41,001 bases of DNA, taken from positions 1 to 41,001 of the forward strand of contig JAWVZU010000004.1 of the NCBI GenBank assembly GCA_033722075.1, in the 5' to 3' direction. Of this stretch, positions 18,647 to 27,864 are shown piece after piece (positions within the stretch are counted from its first letter, which is position 1; every line of letters begins with the position of its first letter). The translations under genes were made by a program, and so were the position numbers. The notes below the pieces were generated by a model. The model made no database searches. It was not told where the DNA came from and saw nothing but the letters and a program-made list of their open reading frames with translations. The DNA is from Lysobacterales bacterium. Lineage in GTDB: Bacteria; Pseudomonadota; Gammaproteobacteria; Xanthomonadales; SZUA-38.

Positions 18647-19864
18647 TCAGCGTTGGGCGATGGCGTTTTCCAGCCGGTCCAGGGTCTTGCTCAGCTGGGA
18701 GGTCAGCGCACTGCTGCTGGTCGTGCTGAGGCCGGTGGTGAAATGGCGCTGCTTGTCATTCAGCACCTCCCGGTTCAGGCCGACGCCGCGGGCCTCCAGG
18801 ATCGGTTCGAGGATGTCGGCCCGCGCCCGCAGGTCGTCCCGGGTGGCCTGGTAGGCGTGCTCGCACAGTTCATGGCGACTGGAGTAGCTGAAGACGTTGG
18901 TAAAGAACATCTTCGTATCGTCGCGATCCGGCTCGAGGATCAGGAGATCCGATTGCTCGTACTGGCTGGAGTATTTCTCGATGCCGACCTGCATGCGCGA
19001 TTGGATCATCGCCCGGAAGGTCTGCGACAGCACCATGGGCAGCCCACCCTGGACCAGGCTGTCCCGGGGCTTGAAGTCGGTCCGGGTTCCATCATAGGGC
19101 ACCAGCGGATTGAGGCCGATCAGCAGATCCACGCCCTCCTTGAGGGCCACCGATGCATGGAGGGTCCTGCGCAGGGCGCCATCCACGTAATAGCGGCCAT
19201 CGATTTCGACCGGCGGATAAAGGCCGGGCAGCGCTGCGCTGGCCTGTACCGCCTTGGAAATCGGCACATGATCATAGCCGGGACCGCCGAAACGCACCGA
19301 GACGCCCGTATCCAGGTCGACCGCCACCAGGAACAGCTTGACGTTCAGTTCGCGGAAGTCGTTGGTTCGCCCCGGGACCGAGTAGATGCCCTTCAGAAAG
19401 CGCTGCACCTTCTCGTTGTCGAAGATGCCCGAGGGAATGACCTCGGCGAAATGGCCCAGCGGTCCGGTGACCGAGAGATCGAGCGGGTGTTTCGCCAGTT
19501 CCACGAAGGAACGCCACAGCACCCGGGGAATCTTGGCCGCCCGCCGCCAGTACTCGGCGAACGCGGGCTTCAGGAAGAGATCCGGGTTGAACGGGTGTTC
19601 GGGGGCCGCGCTGTTGATGAAAATGCGGGCCATCTGTACCGGGCTGAGGCCGTTGGCCAGGCTCGCTGCGATGAACGCGCCGGAACTGACCCCGACGTAG
19701 GCGTCGAGATCGGTGAAGTCGATCCCCTCCAGCGTCTCTTCCAGCGCCAGCAGCACCCCCAGTTCATAGATGCCGCCCAAGGGGCCACCTCCAGCCACGG
19801 CCAGACCGATCTTCGCGTTGCGTTTGCCTCGGGGGCGTTTCGGAGCTTGCTGAATCCTGATCAT
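18647..19864 (-). CDS. Patatin-like phospholipase/esterase (resembles the PHA-associated patatin type)
   Basis: GGGPLGG oxyanion loop, GVSSG nucleophile, ASAALPGLY, YVDGAL. Start MIRIQ chosen over the ORF-track extension. Confidence 0.9.
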   Translation of the reverse strand: MIRIQQAPKRPRGKRNAKIGLAVAGGGPLGGIYELGVLLALEETLEGIDFTDLDAYVGVSSGAFIAASLANGLSPVQMARIFINSAAPEHPFNPDLFLKPAFAEYWRRAAKIPRVLWRSFVELAKHPLDLSVTGPLGHFAEVIPSGIFDNEKVQRFLKGIYSVPGRTNDFRELNVKLFLVAVDLDTGVSVRFGGPGYDHVPISKAVQASAALPGLYPPVEIDGRYYVDGALRRTLHASVALKEGVDLLIGLNPLVPYDGTRTDFKPRDSLVQGGLPMVLSQTFRAMIQSRMQVGIEKYSSQYEQSDLLILEPDRDDTKMFFTNVFSYSSRHELCEHAYQATRDDLRARADILEPILEARGVGLNREVLNDKQRHFTTGLSTTSSSALTSQLSKTLDRLENAIAQR

Positions 19865-20015
19865 AAGGTGGTGGCCGTAATCCTTGGCCGTCGACGTCCG
19901 ACGTCGAAGCCCGGTGAGTGTACCGGCGCACCGCCGGCTTGCCAACTGTCCCGGCGAACGAGCGGTTGATACGCTAAACTCCTTGCCCGCTTACCCGAGG
20001 AAAGAACAGGACTGC

Positions 20016-20753
20016 ATGAGCCAGCCATCAGCAAAAGAGGAGCTCCGGAGCCAGCTGGACCGCACGCATACGGCGCATGCCCGGCGCGCCGACAGTGGCC
20101 TGCTGCCCTCCATCGAATTTCTCGAGGACTGGCAGAAACAACGTCTGGTCGAAACCTACGCGGACATGGCTGCAACCCCGCGCTACAAGCAGGCGATGGA
20201 TTTCTTCATCAACGATCTCTACGCCCCGGCCGATGTGCCGAAACGGGATGCGGACCTGGAACGAATGTACCCGGCGATGGTTCGCCTGCTGCCCGACTGG
20301 GCGATCGCGACCGTCGCCGCCGCCCTCGAACTGCAGGCGTTGTCCCTGGAACTGGATCTCCAGACGGCCCGCTTCCTGACGGAGCGGCTCGGGACGCTGG
20401 AAACGCTCGATATCGAGACCTATGCCGAAGCCTACCGGGCACTGGACCAGGAGACCGTCCGCACCCACCAGATCGACCTGGTCCTGCGGGTGGGCAGCGA
20501 CCTGGAAGAGTACGTCCACCACGCCATGATCTACGCCACGCTGAAGATGTGCCGCATTCCCGCCTACCTGGCCGGCCTGCACAGCATCCAGAGCTTCCTG
20601 GAGAAGGGCTTTGACGCGTTTCGGTCGATCGACGGCGCCGAGCACTTCCTGCTGACCATCGACCGCCGGGAACGGCGTCTGCTCAAGGCCCTGGTCAACG
20701 CCGAAGAGGATCCGCTCCGCAAGGCCCAGTCGGTTCCCATCGCCGGCAGCTAG
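20016..20753 (+). CDS. Conserved helical protein of the FFLEELY-motif type
   Basis: WQ..RL..TYAD, RY..A..FFINDLY, RD..LER, LQ/I..FLE.GF.AF. Start MSQPS after the AGGA RBS. Confidence 0.75.
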   Translation: MSQPSAKEELRSQLDRTHTAHARRADSGLLPSIEFLEDWQKQRLVETYADMAATPRYKQAMDFFINDLYAPADVPKRDADLERMYPAMVRLLPDWAIATVAAALELQALSLELDLQTARFLTERLGTLETLDIETYAEAYRALDQETVRTHQIDLVLRVGSDLEEYVHHAMIYATLKMCRIPAYLAGLHSIQSFLEKGFDAFRSIDGAEHFLLTIDRRERRLLKALVNAEEDPLRKAQSVPIAGS

Positions 20754-20820
20754 CAAGCCCCCTCGGACATCACACGATCTTGACGCCCCGGGAAGGGCAC
20801 GCTACCGTCCTTGCCACGTA

Positions 20821-21000
20821 CTCGAGGGTGCCTGCTGATCCATTCGGATTACGGGTGAAACGGGAAGACGGTCAAAGTCCGTCGCTGCCCCCGCAACGGT
20901 AGACGAAGCATCGGCCCTGCATGCCACTGTGCCCCGGCACGGGAAGGCGGTCGATTCGCAGCAAACGCTGCCTTCGTGAGCCCGGAGACCGGCCCGCGAG
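20821..21000 (+). ncRNA. Cobalamin (AdoCbl) riboswitch
   Basis: GGTG...GAAACGGGAAG.CGGT.AA.GTCCG..GCTGCCCCCGCAACGGTA; B12 elements GCCACTG (20923) and GGGAAGGC (20941); AGCCCGGAGACCGGCC (20979); P1 CTCG.GGGT/GCCC.CGAG; upstream of a TonB-dependent receptor. Confidence 0.95.
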
Positions 21001-21054
21001 CCTTGTTCATCTGCGATCGTCGTGTTCGGGTTGGAACCGGCGAGGAGAGGTTCC

Positions 21055-22968
21055 ATGAAAATTCCCGCATACCTTCAGGCCGCTGCCCTGGCCGTCGCCC
21101 CATTCCTGTCGCCCGCCGAAGAGACCCGGACCGCCGACCTGGAGCGCATGGTCGTGACCGCCGCGCGTGTTCCCCTGGAACCGGGCCGCGTCACGCAGTC
21201 CGTAACGGTGATCACTCGCGAGGACATCGAGCGCCGGCAGGCCGTTCGGGTCGTCGACCTGCTGCGCGACGTGCCCGGTGTGGCGGTTTCCCAGTCGGGC
21301 CCCGTGGGCAGCCAGACCCAGGTCCGGATGCGCGGATCGGAAGCCAACCACGTGCTGGTCATGATCGACGGCGTGGATGCCAATGATCCGGCCAGTTCGG
21401 ACGATTTCCGCTTCGAACACCTGATGACCGCCGACGTCCAGCGGATCGAGATCGTCCGCGGGCCTCAGAGCGCCCTGTGGGGAACCGACGCGCTCGCCGG
21501 CGTGATCAACATCATCACCCGTTCCGGCGGCGAAACCGGCGGAAGCGTCTTTGTCGAGATGGGCTCCAACGACACGCGCCATGCCGGCGCAAGCCTGGAA
21601 TTCGGCAATTCGCGACTCCAGGGCCACCTCGGCGCGGCGCGCTTTGACACCGACGGCACCAACGTCGCCCGCACCGGCAACGAGCGGGATGGCACCACCA
21701 ATACCACCCTGACCACCGGCCTCAGGGCCGAACTCGGCGAACAGGCCACGCTGGATGCCATGGTGCGCTACGTCGACGCAACATCCGACATCGATGCGAT
21801 CGACTTTCTCGCCACCGGCCTGCCCGTGGACGCGAATCTCCAGAATACGGCCCGCCGCGGCTACGGACGGCTGCGTGGAACCTGGGACGACCGGAACAAC
21901 CACCTGAATCACCAGCTGACCGTCAGCTACCTGGACACGCAAACGGAAAATCGCGGTTCGACAACCGACTCGGCCGCGGCGGAGCGCATCGGGCTGCGCT
22001 ACCAGGTCACCTGGGTGCCGGTCACCGATCATCTGGTCACGGCGGCGGTCGATCACGAACGGACCGATTTCGCCCAGCGCGGGACGGCCAGCCCCTTTGG
22101 GGATCCCAACCAGGACCAGCGCATGGACCAGACCGGCCTGGTCGTCGACTACGTCGGCCAGTCCGGACCACGCTGGGACTATAACCTGAGCACTCGTTAC
22201 GACGATCACAGCGATTTCGAGGATGCGGTGACGGTCCGGGCCGCCGTAGGCTACCGCGTCGGCGAACAGGGACGCCTGCGGGCTACGGCCGGTACGGGCC
22301 GCAAGGCGCCCACCTTCACCGAGCGCTACGGGTTCTTTGCCGATCAGTTCATCGGCAACCCGGATCTGGAACCGGAGGAATCGCGCTCGCTTGAACTCGG
22401 CTATGAACGCGATTTCGAGAACGGCGCGATTGGCGTCGCGCTGTTCGATCAGGACCTCGAACAGGAAATCAACGGCTTCATCTTCGATCCGACCTCAGGC
22501 CTGTTTACCGCCCGCAACCAGGAGGGCAGGAGTCATCGCCGAGGCGTCGAACTGATCGCCAGCTGGCAACCCTCGCGGTCCTGGTCCGTCTCTGGAAACT
22601 ACACCTTCACCGATGCGACCGAACTCGAGGGTTCGGCAGAGGTCGACGAAATTCGGCGCCCGCGCCATGCCGCCAGCCTCAACTTCAACTACGCGACCGA
22701 CGACGGGCGAGGCAACCTCAATCTCAACGTGAACTACAACGGCCGCCGCGACGACACGTTCTTCCCGCCCTTCCCGGAGCCGCCGACGCGGGTCCAGCTT
22801 GATGACGTGTTGCTGGTTGATCTTGCGGCACGCTGGAGTCTGAACGAGCGACTTGAGCTTTTCGGCCGCATCGCCAATCTCTTCGACGAGCAATATGAAG
22901 AGGTGTATGGGTTCGCAACGCCCGGCCGGACGGCCATGGCAGGCCTGCGCTATCGCTTCGGTCCCTGA
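21055..22968 (+). CDS. btuB: TonB-dependent cobalamin receptor
   Basis: TonB box ERMVVTA; plug motifs (DLLRDVPGV, RGSEANHVLVMIDG, RIEIVRGPQSALWG); NPDLEPEES; C-terminal GRTAMAGLRYRF; under a B12 riboswitch. Confidence 0.88.
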   Translation: MKIPAYLQAAALAVAPFLSPAEETRTADLERMVVTAARVPLEPGRVTQSVTVITREDIERRQAVRVVDLLRDVPGVAVSQSGPVGSQTQVRMRGSEANHVLVMIDGVDANDPASSDDFRFEHLMTADVQRIEIVRGPQSALWGTDALAGVINIITRSGGETGGSVFVEMGSNDTRHAGASLEFGNSRLQGHLGAARFDTDGTNVARTGNERDGTTNTTLTTGLRAELGEQATLDAMVRYVDATSDIDAIDFLATGLPVDANLQNTARRGYGRLRGTWDDRNNHLNHQLTVSYLDTQTENRGSTTDSAAAERIGLRYQVTWVPVTDHLVTAAVDHERTDFAQRGTASPFGDPNQDQRMDQTGLVVDYVGQSGPRWDYNLSTRYDDHSDFEDAVTVRAAVGYRVGEQGRLRATAGTGRKAPTFTERYGFFADQFIGNPDLEPEESRSLELGYERDFENGAIGVALFDQDLEQEINGFIFDPTSGLFTARNQEGRSHRRGVELIASWQPSRSWSVSGNYTFTDATELEGSAEVDEIRRPRHAASLNFNYATDDGRGNLNLNVNYNGRRDDTFFPPFPEPPTRVQLDDVLLVDLAARWSLNERLELFGRIANLFDEQYEEVYGFATPGRTAMAGLRYRFGP

Positions 22969-22981
22969 GCCGGTCCGCAGA

Positions 22982-23446
22982 TCAGGCCGAAAGGCCTTTC
23001 GCGTCGGGAGACTCTCCCAGCAGTTCGTCAAGTCCGCAGTCAGCGACCGCCCTTGCCGATTCTTCGAAACCTGCCTCGGCAAGGGTCGCCAGGGCCGTAT
23101 CCAGGTCCGGCGGCAAGTGGAGCTGGCAATCCTCGGGGACCGTCTGTCGCATGAGATCGCCCTTCAGGGGATTATCCCCGATAATCAGGCATTGCAACTT
23201 GCAGTTGAAATCTCGGGCTCGCTCGGAAATCTGGCGGATATAGGGCTGGCAGTCCAAAGTCGCCAGCTGCCATTCGGTGAGATCGCCAAGGATGGCCCAG
23301 GGGCTGTGGACCAGGGGCTCAGCCGCGCTGCTCGCCGCACTGCAATAGGCCTTCGCGCCTTCGGCGTTCCAGGCGCCCTGGACCCGGTACAGCAGAAGCT
23401 GTCCGTGGACCCGAATACACCATTCACCGTGCGCTTTCCAACTCAT
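22982..23446 (-). CDS. Hypothetical protein, possibly STAS/SpoIIAA-like
   Basis: Pattern HGEW.I.V.GQLL...V.GAWN.EG...Y, PWAILGDLTEWQL. Fills the gap between the two receptor genes. Confidence 0.55.
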   Translation of the reverse strand: MSWKAHGEWCIRVHGQLLLYRVQGAWNAEGAKAYCSAASSAAEPLVHSPWAILGDLTEWQLATLDCQPYIRQISERARDFNCKLQCLIIGDNPLKGDLMRQTVPEDCQLHLPPDLDTALATLAEAGFEESARAVADCGLDELLGESPDAKGLSA

Positions 23447-23544
23447 GCATGTACACCTGACCCCATGCTAGCACTCAAAAGCGGCAGCGTCTTGCGGTCG
23501 CTCATGGGGCCGTAACAATCGAATCCTAGAATCCGCAGAAATTC

Positions 23545-23586
23545 GCTAACGAAATTATTACAAATTGCTAACTGGCGCGTTACAAT
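23545..23586. promoter_or_regulatory. Putative OmpR/PhoB-type operator: four T(A/T)AC half-sites at 11-bp spacing
   Basis: TAAC 23547, TTAC 23558, TAAC 23569, TTAC 23580 in an AT-rich divergent intergenic region. Confidence 0.4.
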
Positions 23587-23635
23587 CGGCAGCGCTAAAC
23601 CCGCTCACTGTTGTTATCTCTAAGGGCAAATCCTC

Positions 23636-26600
23636 ATGAATACTGTTGTAAATCACCCGGCAACGATCCACCGCAGCTGGCGGATCTTCTGCCTCATCGC
23701 ACTGTTCATCGCCGCTCCGGTCATGGCCCAGGACATCACCTCCGCCATTCGGGGCACTGTCTATGGTGAAGACGGCCAGCCGCTGGCCGGCGCTTCCGTC
23801 GTCGTCGAAGATATGCGGACCGGCGCAAAACGGACCTACTCGACCAACGAGACCGGCGCCTTCCTGGCCAGCCGCCTCTCGGTCGGCGGCCCCTATCAGG
23901 TGACCGTCAATAACGAGAAGCAGGTCGTTGTCGACCGGATCGCGCTGGGCGACATCTACTACCTGCCGATCAGCATGGCCAAGGATCTCGAGGAGATCGT
24001 GGTCGTCGGTCAGGCCACTCAGCCGGGTGAAGACCTTGCAGTGGGCCCCGCTGCGGCCTTCGGCATCCACGACATCGAGACTTCGGTTGCCTTCAACCGC
24101 GACATCGTGGACGTCTACAGCATCGATCCGCGCCTGAACGCGGACAACGAGGACGATGGGTTCGCCATCAACTGCGGCGGCAAGCATCCCCGCTTCAACA
24201 GCATCACGCTGGACGGCGTCAGCCAGGACGACCGCTTCGGCCTGAACGAGAACGGCTATTCCACCGCTACGGGCATGCCGTTCCCCTACGCTTCCATCTC
24301 CCAGGTCTCGGTCGAGCTTGCACCCTTCGACGTGACCTACGGCGGCTTTTCGGCCTGCCAGATCAACGCAGTGACCAAGTCGGGCACCAACGAGTGGGAA
24401 TTCAACGCATTCTACGAGTACAGCAACGAAGATCTGAAAGGCGATTCCCTTGGCGATAACGCGCCCGGCGACTTCGACACGACGCCTTTTTCGCGCGATC
24501 GCTGGGGCCTCGCAGCCGGCGGCCCGATCATCGAAGATCGGCTGTTCGTGTATGCGGCCTACGAAGAAGCCGACCGACCGCGTTTCCTTGCTCGCGGGTT
24601 TGCGGGCTCCGGCAACGGCGTCGAGCGTGAATGGCTGAGCCAGTCCGACTACAACCGGATTCTCGATATCTCCCGCAACATCTGGGGCTACGACCCCGGC
24701 GGTCTGCCCGGCGACGGCAGCCAGCAGGAGGAGAAGTACATGGTTCGCCTGGACTGGAACATCAGCGACAACCACAATGCCGCGCTGATCTACAACTACT
24801 ACGACGGCTTCCAGGACCGGGATTCGGACGGCGACTCGGATGAATTCGAGTTTTCCAACCACTTCTACGTCAAGGGCGCCGAGTCCGAGACGATCACGCT
24901 GCAGCTGGCATCGCAGTGGACCGACGCTTTCTCCACGGAGCTGTTCTTCAGCACCAACGAGATGAACGACTCGCAGGTCACCGTCGGACCCAAGGATTTC
25001 GGCGATTTCCAGATCAGCATCAACCGCAATACGGTCTACCTGGGCGCGGACGACTCGCGCCAGGCCAACCGGCTCGGCACCGACTCGGACTTCTTCAAGC
25101 TGGCCGGCCAGTACCTGTTTCGCGACCACGTCTTCACCTTCGGCTACGAGCGTGACGAGCTGAGCATCTTCAACGTGTTCGTCCAGCATTCCCGCGGTGG
25201 AGAGTGGGACTTCTTCGATGACTCCGCCGGCAACCCGCCCCACTGTGCGGCGCTGTCCGCTCAGGGTCGCTTCGACGATCCGGACTGCGAACTCTCCGGC
25301 ATCGACCGCTTCGAGCTGGGTCGCCCGAGCCGCGTCTATTACGGCAGCGGCGGCGGAACCAATAACCCGTTCGACGCAGCGGCCGCCTTCACCAACTCGG
25401 AAAACGCCCTGTATTTCCAGGACGAGGTCTACTTCGCCCAGCAGGACCTGACCCTGGTGGCCGGCCTGCGCTACGAGTGGTTCGATACCGACGATTCACC
25501 GACCTTCAACCAGGCCTTCACCGACCTGTACGGCTTCCGCAACGATGCCACCATCGACGGCGTGGACCTGCTGATGCCGCGGATCGGCTTCACCTGGGGC
25601 GTCCGGGATGATCTCACCCTGCGCGGCGGTTTCGGCCGCTATTCGGGCGGCAATCCGAACGTCTGGATTTCCAACTCCTACAGCAACGACGGCATCACCA
25701 ACGTCCAGCTGCGGAACAACTACTTCGACTGCTGCTCGGTTTTCGACGGATCGATCCCGATCGGACCGAACCCCGGCTTCGATGTACCGCAGGACATGAT
25801 CGACGAGGTCGCTGCCACTTCCGCTGCCGACGCCAACAACAGCTTCCTGGCACTGGTCGATCCGGACTACGAGCAGCCCAACGAGTGGAAATTCGCCCTG
25901 GGCGCCACCTACGATCTGCCCTGGTGGGATATCCAGATGGACATCGACTACCTGCACTCGGAAGTGCGCGACCCCGCCTACTACGTGGACCTGTCGCAGG
26001 AGATTGTCGGTACCACGACGACCGGCATCCCGATCTACGATTATGTCCGCGGCCGCGACAATTTCATGCTGACCAACTCGGACGAAGAGCCGGATTCCGA
26101 TGTCATTTCGCTGGTCTTCACCAAGGCCTTCCAGAACGGCCTGGACCTGCAGCTGGGTTATGCCCATACCAAGGCCGAGGACGTCAGCCCGATGACTTCG
26201 TCCGTCGCGGGCTCGAACTTCGACAACACGGCCCTGCTCGATGTCAACGATCCGGAGCCGGCCACCTCGAACTATGTCGTGCCGCACCGCTTCACGCTGC
26301 GTGCCACTTACGCGCATGAGTTCTTCTCGGGCTACGAAACCCGGTTCAGCCTGTTCGGCTATCACGCGGAAGGCCAGCCCCAGAGCTACGTCATGGGTTC
26401 CAACGACCTGGAAGGCGACGGCTTCTTCGGTCGCCACCTGCTGTACGTGCCGACCGGACCGGAGGACGACAATGTCGTGTTCGAGGAAGGCTTCGATCAG
26501 ACCGCGTTCTTCGACTGGGTTGCGCGCAATGGCCTTGCCCCCGGCTTCGTCGAGCGTAACGGCCGCCACGCGGACTGGAGCACCCGCTTCGATTTCCGGA

Positions 26601-26857
26601 TCGACCAGGAAATCCCGACCTTCATCGACGACACGCGCGGTCGCCTGTTCATGAAGATCTACAACCTCGGCAACCTCCTGAACGACGACTGGGGCCTCGT
26701 CACTGACGCCCAGTTCTTCTCCGTTCAGGTCGTGAATTCCGGGGTCAACGATCTGGGGCAGTTCGTCTACGAGCGGTTCAGGGACCGTTCCATCAACGAC
26801 GTGCTCGAGAATCGTTCGCTTTGGGATGTGCTGATCGGGGTCGAAATCGACTTCTGA
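23636..26857 (+). CDS. Oar-like TonB-dependent receptor with N-terminal carboxypeptidase-regulatory-like domain
   Basis: AQDITSAIRGTV; LSVGGPY.VTV; N.ITLDGV...DRFGLN; PFDVTYGGF...INAVTKSGTNE; PRIGFTW; NLGNLLN.DWG; terminal Phe. Confidence 0.92.
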   Translation: MNTVVNHPATIHRSWRIFCLIALFIAAPVMAQDITSAIRGTVYGEDGQPLAGASVVVEDMRTGAKRTYSTNETGAFLASRLSVGGPYQVTVNNEKQVVVDRIALGDIYYLPISMAKDLEEIVVVGQATQPGEDLAVGPAAAFGIHDIETSVAFNRDIVDVYSIDPRLNADNEDDGFAINCGGKHPRFNSITLDGVSQDDRFGLNENGYSTATGMPFPYASISQVSVELAPFDVTYGGFSACQINAVTKSGTNEWEFNAFYEYSNEDLKGDSLGDNAPGDFDTTPFSRDRWGLAAGGPIIEDRLFVYAAYEEADRPRFLARGFAGSGNGVEREWLSQSDYNRILDISRNIWGYDPGGLPGDGSQQEEKYMVRLDWNISDNHNAALIYNYYDGFQDRDSDGDSDEFEFSNHFYVKGAESETITLQLASQWTDAFSTELFFSTNEMNDSQVTVGPKDFGDFQISINRNTVYLGADDSRQANRLGTDSDFFKLAGQYLFRDHVFTFGYERDELSIFNVFVQHSRGGEWDFFDDSAGNPPHCAALSAQGRFDDPDCELSGIDRFELGRPSRVYYGSGGGTNNPFDAAAAFTNSENALYFQDEVYFAQQDLTLVAGLRYEWFDTDDSPTFNQAFTDLYGFRNDATIDGVDLLMPRIGFTWGVRDDLTLRGGFGRYSGGNPNVWISNSYSNDGITNVQLRNNYFDCCSVFDGSIPIGPNPGFDVPQDMIDEVAATSAADANNSFLALVDPDYEQPNEWKFALGATYDLPWWDIQMDIDYLHSEVRDPAYYVDLSQEIVGTTTTGIPIYDYVRGRDNFMLTNSDEEPDSDVISLVFTKAFQNGLDLQLGYAHTKAEDVSPMTSSVAGSNFDNTALLDVNDPEPATSNYVVPHRFTLRATYAHEFFSGYETRFSLFGYHAEGQPQSYVMGSNDLEGDGFFGRHLLYVPTGPEDDNVVFEEGFDQTAFFDWVARNGLAPGFVERNGRHADWSTRFDFRIDQEIPTFIDDTRGRLFMKIYNLGNLLNDDWGLVTDAQFFSVQVVNSGVNDLGQFVYERFRDRSINDVLENRSLWDVLIGVEIDF

Positions 26858-26880
26858 TTCAAACCTGAAGCACCAACATC

Positions 26881-26911
26881 AGGGCCGGCCCAGCGCCGGC
26901 CCTTTCTTTTT
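26881..26911 (+). terminator. Rho-independent terminator
   Basis: Stem AGGGCCGGC / GCCGGCCCT with a 5-nt loop, followed by TTCTTTTT. Confidence 0.85.
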
Positions 26912-27438
26912 CAGCACTCGGGTTTTCCTTTGCCATCGGGCTTGACCCGGCCGGTCGAACGGACACCGATGATGCCGAACGCACAAACCACCTCCGACTG
27001 GGCATCGGGCTGGTAGACGGCCCGGTTGCTCGGGTCCTTGCGATCGCTGACGATCCGTTTCAGCTCGGAACGCAGGTCATAGCGCTGGTTTGCATTCAGA
27101 ACCACTTCCATATGGGCGCGACAGTTGATGCTGCCCTGCATGAAATGCACCTGCAGCACCACCGGCTGACCTCCGGGAACCCTGAATACCGACGGTCGGC
27201 CCAGATTCTGACGCGGAGATACGCGGCCGAGCACGTAGGGTTGGTCGCCCCGTTCAATCGGACAGCCTTCCGGGTAGATCAACACCTCCATGGTGCCGTC
27301 TGCCAGCAGCGCATCGGGAGCGTGGGCGACAAGCGTCGCGGTTCCGCTGGCCGGGGGCTGGAAGGTCGAGGCACAGCCGGCCAGAACGGCCGCCAGCGGG
27401 ATGGCTGCCACCGATAAGGCGACTGAACGCTTCCTCAT
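26911..27438 (-). CDS. Hypothetical lipoprotein
   Basis: MRKR + hydrophobic stretch + lipobox LAGC; four further Cys; start overlaps the upstream stop (ATGA). Confidence 0.7.
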   Translation of the reverse strand: MRKRSVALSVAAIPLAAVLAGCASTFQPPASGTATLVAHAPDALLADGTMEVLIYPEGCPIERGDQPYVLGRVSPRQNLGRPSVFRVPGGQPVVLQVHFMQGSINCRAHMEVVLNANQRYDLRSELKRIVSDRKDPSNRAVYQPDAQSEVVCAFGIIGVRSTGRVKPDGKGKPEC

Positions 27439-27857
27439 TCAGAAAGCTTAGCTCCGGATCGCCCGGCGAGCCAGGTTTCCGCGAAAGTCAGTATGACCCC
27501 GAGCAGGGCCGCCAGCGCACCCAGTGGCGTCAGGACGATCCACAGCGACGGATCGCTTTCGCTGTTGCCGAAGCCCCCGAGGAAAAAACCGGTCGGTACG
27601 AGCACTGCCGCGGCCATCAGCAGACGGCCGGCCCAGACTGCTCGGCCACTCACCCAGGCAAATTGCCGGGCACACAGGGCAAAGACGACATTGACGATTG
27701 CCAGCAGCGCGCCGTGGGCGTGCGCCAGGGTCCACAACTCGCGCCGGATCTCGACTTCGAAATACATGGGCAGCTTGACCAGGTGCAGCGATTCCAGAAA
27801 CAGGCCCATCGCGATGAAAAACGCGAGCGCGATCCAGCCGAAGCGCAGGTTGGTCAT
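27435..27857 (-). CDS. Small 4-TM membrane protein with HAHG motif (possible heme-b protein)
   Basis: Four hydrophobic segments; motifs GLFLESLH, RRELWTLAHAHGALL, PTGFFLGG; 7 bp downstream of the cytochrome gene. Confidence 0.75.
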   Translation of the reverse strand: MTNLRFGWIALAFFIAMGLFLESLHLVKLPMYFEVEIRRELWTLAHAHGALLAIVNVVFALCARQFAWVSGRAVWAGRLLMAAAVLVPTGFFLGGFGNSESDPSLWIVLTPLGALAALLGVILTFAETWLAGRSGAKLSE

Positions 27858-27864
27858 GGTCCAG

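Noticed and set aside
22973-22997. GTCCGCAGATCAGGCCGAAAGGCC as a third copy of the 25-bp palindromic site
   Set aside because: It lacks the AGCGGAC right arm, has different spacing and overlaps a stop codon.
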